Both the position numbers and the translations under genes were made by a program. Shown here piece after piece: positions 57,434 through 64,000 of a stretch of 64,000 bases of DNA. Within the stretch, counting starts at the first letter, position 1; each line of letters begins with the position of its first letter. Source of the stretch: Parcubacteria group bacterium Gr01-1014_20 (lineage in GTDB: Bacteria > Patescibacteriota > Minisyncoccia > UBA6257 > 2-01-FULL-56-20). Under the pieces are notes generated by a model that saw only the letters and a program-made list of their open reading frames with translations, searched no databases and was not told the origin of the DNA. Where the stretch lies: assembly GCA_007376265.1 (NCBI GenBank), contig VMFW01000006.1:10930-74929 (forward strand), in the 5' to 3' direction.

Positions 57434-57968
57434 CTCCCTTTATTTTGTCGAGCATGTGATCTCTCTCGAGAACCTGATAGGTTGCGTCACTTGAGAGAGC
57501 GCGAACGGATGTCAGAAAGTTATCAAAGGTTTCGACACCGATCTTTTTCTTGGCTTTCCGACGAATTTCGACCGGACTCTTTAGTAAGGTTTGCAGATCC
57601 GGAAGCATAACTTGGATAAGTAGTGTGAGACGCTCGATAGCTACGTCGTTGATTTTCTCCGAAGTTTCTTCGAGTCTTCCGTCGCTTCCGCTCTCTCCCA
57701 GTTGTTCTTTTACAAACTTTCGATCAGCTTCTGTTGGGGGTGAAGCGGCTTGCCGGATCTTCGGGGCGGTTAACTCACCGCTGAATATTGCGTGGGGGAT
57801 GAGTTCGAATAGTCTTTTGCGATCCACAGCTCTTCTCGGCTGACTTCTTCCATTCCACCAGTCCCACACGGTGCTCCCTGGAAATTGGAAATGCTTGGCA
57901 AATCGATACGAACCGCTTAGTCCGTGAATGTTGGCAAGGCTTTGGATGAGATAACTAATTAGAGTCAC
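57426..57968 (-). CDS. Cro/XRE-like HTH protein with a helical C-terminal domain
   Basis: SYRFAKHFQFPGSTVWDWWNGRSQP matches the Cro/C1 HTH pattern; SD AAGGAGG; overlaps the ATPase start. Confidence 0.7.
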   Translation of the reverse strand: MTLISYLIQSLANIHGLSGSYRFAKHFQFPGSTVWDWWNGRSQPRRAVDRKRLFELIPHAIFSGELTAPKIRQAASPPTEADRKFVKEQLGESGSDGRLEETSEKINDVAIERLTLLIQVMLPDLQTLLKSPVEIRRKAKKKIGVETFDNFLTSVRALSSDATYQVLERDHMLDKIKGGG

Positions 57969-57986
57969 ATTTCCTCCTTCCCCGAA

Positions 57987-58604
57987 TTAGCGGCTGATTT
58001 TGTGTGAGTTAATAATGTCGCGTGAGTTGCCTGGTTCCCACTTCACTCGGGTGAGCTTTGTAATTTCGCGGTCGATGGCGTTCGGTGAGAGACCGCTTTG
58101 ATATCTTTCGGTGATATAGGCGATAAGACCCACACCTTTCTTCGCTTCTAGGCGCTCATTGATTTTTTGCCTCTTGCTTCCTTCACGAAAGACAACTTTG
58201 GAAGATTTTTGAGGAATCCCCTTCTTTCGCCTTGCAGGCTTAGAAGAGGTTTTCGATTTGTCTTCGAGCTGGCTTGTTGAAAATCCCAAGACGCGAATTC
58301 CGAAAATTCGGCCCGCAGCGACAAGCCAACGGGAAAGTGCCTGAAGTTCATAGCTTAAATCTAGAAAGGCCGAAAATCTGTCTTTTTTCTTGGTGCTGAA
58401 TTCCTTGGGATCCGGAAAGCCATTGGCCTCAAGCATGGCGGTTTTGATTTCGCCGTGATTCCTGGCGGCGGCTAGAACATTGATTAACCAAGGGTGAATT
58501 CGAACGTAGCTCAGGAAAGCAGCGGGTTCGAGCGTGGCGTCAAGATTGGCGCCAACAGCGGTAACGAGCAGGGCGTTGACCTTAGTTCCATCGATTTTTT
58601 GCAT
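57987..58604 (-). CDS. Basic hypothetical protein, putative DNA-binding paralogue A
   Basis: SD AGAAAGGA; K/R-rich linker; C-terminal SGLSPNAIDREITKLT HTH-like motif; minus-strand TTGACA-17-TATAAG upstream (-35 at 58708-58713). Confidence 0.7.
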   Translation of the reverse strand: MQKIDGTKVNALLVTAVGANLDATLEPAAFLSYVRIHPWLINVLAAARNHGEIKTAMLEANGFPDPKEFSTKKKDRFSAFLDLSYELQALSRWLVAAGRIFGIRVLGFSTSQLEDKSKTSSKPARRKKGIPQKSSKVVFREGSKRQKINERLEAKKGVGLIAYITERYQSGLSPNAIDREITKLTRVKWEPGNSRDIINSHKISR

Positions 58605-58738
58605 TCCTTTCTCCTTACTAGAGTGATAAGTGAGTGAGTCTGCTTCTGAGTTTCTTCAATTTCGATTGTGAAATGACTGGTTTTCTTATATAGGAAAGTG
58701 GCAATTTTGTCAATTTAGAGTTTTGGTGGCGAGAAATT

Positions 58739-58766
58739 AAAAGGCCCAATAATTACTTATTGGGCC
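58739..58766 (-). terminator. Intrinsic terminator after the sigma factor gene
   Basis: GGCCCAATAA-ttac-TTATTGGGCC. Confidence 0.7.
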
Positions 58767-58777
58767 AAGTTTTGTTT

Positions 58778-60079
58778 TTAAGAGCTAAACGCTAGTCTCC
58801 TTACGCGGTACCGATAGCAGGGTAGATTTTGTTTGGTGGCGATTCGGTGGCCACCATTGCCGTTGCTTATGATGATCGGAATACCAAACCGATCGTTGCA
58901 AGCAGTTCGGAGAACGCCTAGGGCTTTGGTGTGGATTTGAGAGGTTCGACTCTCGCTTATCTTCAGAATCCTACCGATTTCACGCAGAACCTTGTCTTCC
59001 CAGTAGTAGAGATAGATGACAGTGTACTCCTGAAGAGTGAGATACTCCTTGATTCCGACGCGAAGAAATTCGTACATGTCCTCTCTCGCACACGCCTCCT
59101 CTGGATTCAAGAAGGCGTGTGACTCGATGTTATCGATCAGTTCATAGGGTTTGTCTTCGCTTGGATCAAAGAGCTGTTCAAATATCGACTTAATATTGCC
59201 AGTGTTTTCGTTTTCGTAAAGTTCCAGAATGGTTTCAGCGGAAAGTCCAGTTTCCTCCGATAGTTCTTCGAGAAACGGTTCCCGACCAAGCTTGTGTTGA
59301 AGCTTCATAAGGGCAAGATTTTTTTGGCGAGAACCCGTCCTTACGCTCCTCGGAACCCAGTCGGAGCTTCGTAGGGAATCTAAGATTGCTCCCCGGATAC
59401 GATAAACCGAAAAGGTCTCGAATTTGATTCCCCGAGCAGGATCAAAACCGTCGATAGCTTCCAAGAGGCCGACTAATCCTTCGGCGTAGAGATCATCCGC
59501 GTCAACGTTTTTTGGAAATTTAAGGGACATTCGACCGGCGACAAGTTTAACTTGACCAAGATAGCGAAGCACATAGGCTTCCCTGACGAGATTTCTTAAT
59601 CTCGATTGCTTGGGAAGTTTCTGGAATCTGGCCCAACCTTTGGTTGGGGGAAGAAATTCCTTAACTTGAGCAGTGAGCGTACCCTCTTCGATCGAGACCA
59701 CTTTCTTACCTGAAATTTCTTCGGCGGTGCGCATGAACCGATAGAGGTTGATGGCAAGCATTAAAGCCTCGGGGCGGGTAACCGGTTCTCTATAATTGCC
59801 GGGAAGGAGCTCAATTAAGCTTCCCCACAAAACGGCCACCCTGGTTTGATCAAAAAGATCAATTGCCTTCGCAGCCCAAACGTGATCCGCAACATATTTC
59901 CAGAATTCGTTTTGAGTGAAAAGTTTGAACTCGGCGATTATCTTCGTGAAGTCGTGGTCGGTGGTTAGGCTCAGATATTCAGGATGCCGGAAAACAAATT
60001 TCCAAAATGATCGCTCCTCCAGGACAGAAATATCCTGGAGGAGTTGGCCAGTGACTACAAGCGCGGACGGCTTGGACAC
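58778..60079 (-). CDS. FliA/WhiG-family (sigma-28 group) sigma factor with a ~160-aa N-terminal extension
   Basis: DDLYAEGLVGLLEAIDGFDPARGIKFETF, RIRGAILDSLRSSDWVPRSVR, LGREP and LREIGRILKISESRTSQIHTKAL motifs. Confidence 0.9.
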   Translation of the reverse strand: MSKPSALVVTGQLLQDISVLEERSFWKFVFRHPEYLSLTTDHDFTKIIAEFKLFTQNEFWKYVADHVWAAKAIDLFDQTRVAVLWGSLIELLPGNYREPVTRPEALMLAINLYRFMRTAEEISGKKVVSIEEGTLTAQVKEFLPPTKGWARFQKLPKQSRLRNLVREAYVLRYLGQVKLVAGRMSLKFPKNVDADDLYAEGLVGLLEAIDGFDPARGIKFETFSVYRIRGAILDSLRSSDWVPRSVRTGSRQKNLALMKLQHKLGREPFLEELSEETGLSAETILELYENENTGNIKSIFEQLFDPSEDKPYELIDNIESHAFLNPEEACAREDMYEFLRVGIKEYLTLQEYTVIYLYYWEDKVLREIGRILKISESRTSQIHTKALGVLRTACNDRFGIPIIISNGNGGHRIATKQNLPCYRYRVRRLAFSS

Positions 60080-60100
60080 GGAACTCCTCCAGGATTTGAG

Positions 60101-61063
60101 TTAGAGGTTTGGCGCGTGGATGACATTTTGGCGAAGACGGATGTACTCGGCAGGCTGAATGCCCAACTGCGAGGCGGCAAAGGGAATTTCCGAGGCGTCC
60201 TTATCAATGAAATTTAGAAGCTCCGCAAGGTTCTTCGGTTCTCGGCCATTGCACTCTCCAATCAAGGCTTTCAGTTTGGCTTTGACCGAAGGACTAACCT
60301 GAAGACCTTTGATCTGGTCAAATATGTCAGGCCCTCCATCGGTTTCTAGACTCGCGGTGGTTCTTTCTGGCACGGGCGGTGTGGCGGCATCTTTTTTCGG
60401 AACACGACGAGAATGAACTCGTGTGGTCTTAAGCCCATTCTTTTTTCGTCCGGCATCATAGACAATGTCATAAGCTTTAGCCCAGTTTTGGATGTCGCCG
60501 CAGGTCACGGTTGTACCGGTGGTCGCGGAAATTTTAATGGCGGTGGCGTTCGCTGATAGTTGGTCGGTAACGAGAAGACGCGTGAGAACCTGTTTCAGGG
60601 ATGATTGTTGTTCGAGAAAGAATTTATTTATCGCTTCTCTCTTGAACGGTACGCGACCTCCGGGCTTTTTGCGAGTGGGCTTTTGAGATCCCACTGTTTC
60701 AGGGAGCTTCTTAACCCGACTTTTCCTGGTTTTCTTGCTCTTTTTCGAGCGAGTCATTTTGGATGTTTCGCTTGCGATGTTTTCAAGTTTCAAGCGATAG
60801 CTTTTCCCTAGATAGACTAGAAAAAGTGCCAGCTCGGCAAGTTTTTTCAATTGCGCGGTGGGTTCGCGAGCTTCCATCCAGATTTGATCAAGAGTGGCAG
60901 GGTCAATTTCATAAAGCCTTATCGTGCCGGAATCCCGCCATTTTCTTACGAGTGGCGAAAGAACTGGGTTGGCCATTAGATAGTTTAGGGCCTCTTCGGC
61001 TGTCAACTCTCGCTTGGCCTGGGTGGTAAATCTGTGGATGAGATCGGTAATGGCTTTCGACAT
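60101..61063 (-). CDS. Basic hypothetical protein, putative DNA-binding paralogue B
   Basis: SD AAGGAGG; promoter TTGACA-17-TAGACT (61136-61108); K/R-rich linker; QLSANATAIKISATTG motif; second HTH-like C-terminus. Confidence 0.72.
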   Translation of the reverse strand: MSKAITDLIHRFTTQAKRELTAEEALNYLMANPVLSPLVRKWRDSGTIRLYEIDPATLDQIWMEAREPTAQLKKLAELALFLVYLGKSYRLKLENIASETSKMTRSKKSKKTRKSRVKKLPETVGSQKPTRKKPGGRVPFKREAINKFFLEQQSSLKQVLTRLLVTDQLSANATAIKISATTGTTVTCGDIQNWAKAYDIVYDAGRKKNGLKTTRVHSRRVPKKDAATPPVPERTTASLETDGGPDIFDQIKGLQVSPSVKAKLKALIGECNGREPKNLAELLNFIDKDASEIPFAASQLGIQPAEYIRLRQNVIHAPNL

Positions 61064-61163
61064 CTTACCCCTCCTTGGTGTGTTTTGATTATTAAATATC
61101 TGACCGCAGTCTAGGTAATTTAACGCTTGTTGTCAATCAACTTATTCCTGGAGGAAGGTGAAG

Positions 61164-61196
61164 AAAAAGCCCTCCGACTTTACGTCGAAGGGCTTT
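61164..61196 (-). terminator. Intrinsic terminator
   Basis: AAAGCCCTCCGAC-tttac-GTCGAAGGGCTTT. Confidence 0.75.
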
Positions 61197-61210
61197 GGGG
61201 GGTGTAGGAA

Positions 61211-61666
61211 CTATTGCTGTCGGAGTTGCCAGATTTCGGCACCGGTAAATTCAACGCCGGTTTTGGTTTTGATGGCTTGGGCGATCGCGTTGTCACCGGC
61301 ACCGCTTTTCTTTTGGCTTTCGACAAAAGACAAGAGGGTGCCGAGGCCTTTCCGATGGAGAGTGAGGTCGGCTTTGCGTCGCTTGGAACCTTTTCGAAAC
61401 GTAGATTCAAACGGCGGCTTGATTGATTCAGGAGTTGTGTCCGTTTGGCGACCAGCCGGAGATGCCGACAAATCGGTTTGGCCAATATTCAGCACCTTCA
61501 ATGCGGCGGCGAGCCAGGTATCGACTCCTTTCTGCACCGCCTGTCTCACGTGGGGAACAACTTCGGGGTGATCGTTCAGGAAAGTGATGAACTTAGCATC
61601 ACTCATGGCGGGATTCACGCAACCCAGTAATCCCGAAATTATCTGAGTTGGATTGTTGGAACTCAT
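61211..61666 (-). CDS. Basic hypothetical protein, putative DNA-binding paralogue C
   Basis: SD AGGAGGT; FITFLNDHP motif; SGAGDNAIAQAIKTKTG motif. Confidence 0.72.
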   Translation of the reverse strand: MSSNNPTQIISGLLGCVNPAMSDAKFITFLNDHPEVVPHVRQAVQKGVDTWLAAALKVLNIGQTDLSASPAGRQTDTTPESIKPPFESTFRKGSKRRKADLTLHRKGLGTLLSFVESQKKSGAGDNAIAQAIKTKTGVEFTGAEIWQLRQQ

Positions 61667-62136
61667 GTAACCTCCTTTTGCTTTTGGGTGTGAAGTGCAC
61701 GATCTTCAATTTCTTTCCGAATTTTCGCATTGAACTTAGCGAGCAGTCTCAACTTTCTTACGCAATAACCAATGTTTAAGAGAGAAAAAAGTCCGACAGG
61801 AACGGAAAAAATCAACCATTCCTCTCTTAAAAGCTCGAGAGTGATAACTAGAAAAATCGCTCCTACGATCACCTGACTGTCGTTTTCGGAGAGATTTTGG
61901 GACACCTCCTTTAGACCCGTCAAGTTTTTTTGCAAGTTCTTTTTAACAAGAATCCACGATATCATGAAGGTGGTGATGCCGACGATGGTCAGGAAATTGG
62001 CTAGATTATCAACCGCAAAGATGGAACAGGCGTAATAGGTGACGGCAAAAATCACTGTTGCTTCAAGCAAACTCCAGATGATGAGTGGTTTTATCGGTTG
62101 AATCAGGGTCGCGTTTATTTCATCGGTGTGGCTCAA
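61663..62136 (-). CDS. Four-TM hypothetical membrane protein
   Basis: TTG after SD AAGGAGG; four hydrophobic segments; stop overlaps the next start. Confidence 0.7.
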   Translation of the reverse strand: MSHTDEINATLIQPIKPLIIWSLLEATVIFAVTYYACSIFAVDNLANFLTIVGITTFMISWILVKKNLQKNLTGLKEVSQNLSENDSQVIVGAIFLVITLELLREEWLIFSVPVGLFSLLNIGYCVRKLRLLAKFNAKIRKEIEDRALHTQKQKEVT

Positions 62137-62248
62137 GAAACCTCCTTTTTAAACTACTGCCATCCTTTTACTGCACTTTTTGGTTTCTGTCAATAGAAAA
62201 ACCCCGTTTTGTGACGAGGTTTTGAAATATTCATTGTCCTTCCGACGA

Positions 62249-62848
62249 TTACTTTTTGGGTTTGGATTCTGGCCAGCCGAGGGGCAACCCGATTCCGAAA
62301 CTAGCTGAGAAACCGGGTTCGATTTGACCCGATCTCCAGTCCAAAAAAGGTGTGAGTTGCAACCGAACTACGGCGGGAGTTTCCTTTTTTCCGATCGGGT
62401 GTAAGTAGCCGAGGCCAAGACCGAAACGGGCGCGGTTGTTACGATTTTTGCGGAAAGCCGAGCCGCCTTCGAAAGCTAGAAAGTAGGCTCGCTCGCGCAC
62501 CATGGTGAAGCGACTCGTGTGAATATTGAAGAAAACTCTCAAGTTTCCTCCGGCGCCATGAAAGCCGTTTAGCGCCCCCTTAATGCCTACCTGAAAGTTT
62601 CGACTGCCAAATCCAATGGCTCCGGCTGGAAAATTAGAGAGCGGGGTGTATTTGCTTAAAACCAGTTCGTAGGCTACCGGAAAAAAGAGCTCGAATGGTT
62701 TTTCATTCTCATAAGTTGAGTCGAAAACAACTTCGAGGCGATCAGTGTCAGTCGGTGGAGTTAGATTAAGAATCTCTCCTTTTCGTTGTCCATATGCTTT
62801 TTCTGAAACGAGGATGAACAGAAAAATCAAGACGACTCTACGTAGCAT
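62249..62848 (-). CDS. Secreted protein, possible beta-barrel
   Basis: Signal peptide; alternating hydrophobic/Gly strands (RFGLGLGY, FSASFGIGL); own promoter (TTGACA-17-TATGTT) and terminator at 62197-62223. Confidence 0.65.
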   Translation of the reverse strand: MLRRVVLIFLFILVSEKAYGQRKGEILNLTPPTDTDRLEVVFDSTYENEKPFELFFPVAYELVLSKYTPLSNFPAGAIGFGSRNFQVGIKGALNGFHGAGGNLRVFFNIHTSRFTMVRERAYFLAFEGGSAFRKNRNNRARFGLGLGYLHPIGKKETPAVVRLQLTPFLDWRSGQIEPGFSASFGIGLPLGWPESKPKK

Positions 62849-62921
62849 CTAGGGCTCCTTTCGAGGCTGTAAAGTTCTTCTCCGAACATACTACTTCCTA
62901 GTAGTTATGTCAATTTCTGAT

Positions 62922-63629
62922 CTAAAATTTCAGAAATTTTTCCCAGTACTTATAAAGTTCACCGGTGGCGATTAAATCGCCAACATTGTATTTGGCGATT
63001 TCAAGACACTTACCCGCCTTAAACAGTTGTCCGACTTCGTCGCCGGAGACGCCATCGCTTTTAGGACTTTTAATACTGAAGGCGCGACTCCACAGGTGAA
63101 GATTGCCTTTTCGCCTAGAGGCGCCGTAGAAAGTGAGTTGGTCGAGAAGGTCGATGTGCCTAGTTGATCTTTGTTGATAAAGATAGCGACCTTCCATCAG
63201 ATCGCGCGTGGGCCGGATTTTATGAATGGCCGAACGAACAGTCAGAAACGGCACATCGAAAGCTCGGCCGTTAAAACTGATAAACTCGGTGTAATTTTTG
63301 GCTCCTTGCCAAAAACTTTCAAGCATCTCTTTTTCGGTGGTTGGCTTGAGACTAAAATTATTAAATTTTGCTTCCTTGGCTTTGCCACTCGGGTCGCTGA
63401 AATAGACTACACCCTGATCTTTTTCTAAATCTAAAACACCAATCGCGACAATCTCTCCGGTTAATGGCGAAAAACCAAGGCCGTTTTTTAAGTCTTCAAG
63501 AGCAGTTTCATACTCGCTTTCGCCCGAAGATTCTTTTTTGATCCAACGGGTTAGGCTTTCCTTGGTCGTGTCATCCAGAGTGTCAAAGTTCTCGCCAATA
63601 GTTTCGATGTCGAAAACGAGTTTGGGCAT
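62922..63629 (-). CDS. DEDD 3'-5' exonuclease (PolB-exo/RNase H-like)
   Basis: VFDIET, FNGRAFDVPFL, HIDLLD and YNVGDL motifs; start re-assigned to ATG 63629. Confidence 0.9.
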   Translation of the reverse strand: MPKLVFDIETIGENFDTLDDTTKESLTRWIKKESSGESEYETALEDLKNGLGFSPLTGEIVAIGVLDLEKDQGVVYFSDPSGKAKEAKFNNFSLKPTTEKEMLESFWQGAKNYTEFISFNGRAFDVPFLTVRSAIHKIRPTRDLMEGRYLYQQRSTRHIDLLDQLTFYGASRRKGNLHLWSRAFSIKSPKSDGVSGDEVGQLFKAGKCLEIAKYNVGDLIATGELYKYWEKFLKF

Positions 63630-63732
63630 ATTTTTGGTATTATAGCTTATTTGACTTATGTTTTGTTTTAGGGTAGAATGTGTCGGTTCGAATCGATATT
63701 TGCTAATTGAAACTTTAATCAAAGGAGGAGTA

Positions 63733-64000
63733 GTGCGATCCAAGCTGACTGCCATTGGCGTCATCACTCTATTTCTTGCCATCGGAATGACTTCTCAGGT
63801 CTCGGCGCAAGAAGAACTACAACGCCTTTCAATCTCGGGAGCCGTAGGCGTTTACTCGAAGTACATAGTGGAGAATGGCGCCCTTTGGCACAAAGACCCT
63901 GTGTTCCAAGGTAATGTAACGTTGAAATTCAATCGGTGTGGAGGCTACTTGGACGTTTGGGCATCCAAGGATTTCGACAACATCGGAAACTACGGCGAGG
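63733..64000 (+). CDS. Secreted protein (partial) resembling TorF/TIGR02001-type porins
   Basis: Manual translation from GTG after SD AGGAGG: MRSKLTAIGVITLFLAIGMTSQVSAQ...SISGAVGVYSKYIVENG...DPVFQGNVTL...GYLDVWAS; runs off the window. Confidence 0.6.
   Translation, partial: MRSKLTAIGVITLFLAIGMTSQVSAQEELQRLSISGAVGVYSKYIVENGALWHKDPVFQGNVTLKFNRCGGYLDVWASKDFDNIGNYGE

Noticed and set aside
55802-62848. Prophage
   Set aside because: A Cro-like HTH and orphan genes are present, but no integrase, terminase, capsid, tail or att duplication.
1-64000. CRISPR array or rRNA genes
   Set aside because: No regularly spaced 23-47 bp repeats with unique spacers and no rRNA-like sequence seen.
1-64000. Alternative genetic code (TGA read-through)
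   Set aside because: Conserved genes are intact under code 11, and several (ftsW, zwf-neighbouring gnd, recR) end correctly at TGA.

Overview
Bacterial chromosome segment, standard genetic code, genes mostly on the minus strand. Gene content and style point to a Patescibacteria (CPR, Parcubacteria-like) genome; this is an inference from split comEC, the VirD4-like ATPase pair, the sigma-R4/HARE-HTH protein, the CysRS 'WHIED' variant and many leaderless genes. The housekeeping backbone is gltX, murG-ftsW, comEC, trmD, secDF, hrcA(CIRCE)-grpE-dnaK-dnaJ, corA-cysS-dnaB-recR, ychF, zwf-gnd-pgi/pmi-ROK and a UvrD-nuclease fusion. It is punctuated by small self-contained accessory units carrying their own sigma70 promoter, strong SD and terminator. 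Most notable: (1) an intact tRNA-Lys(UUU) nested inside a 152-nt insertion in the anticodon loop of a second tRNA gene, followed by a third decayed tRNA; (2) a 297-bp element holding only a GIY-YIG nuclease gene between 17-bp terminal inverted repeats, with a related empty 59-bp copy at 16 kb; (3) a full-length major vault protein homologue; (4) a 55.8-61.7 kb locus with a MORC/GHKL ATPase, a Cro-like HTH protein, a FliA/WhiG-type sigma factor with an extra N-terminal domain and three apparently paralogous basic proteins; (5) small intergenic repeat families (a 33-bp TACGAAT x4 element, 15-nt hairpins associated with heptamer arrays). All family assignments come from motif recognition by eye; no searches were run.
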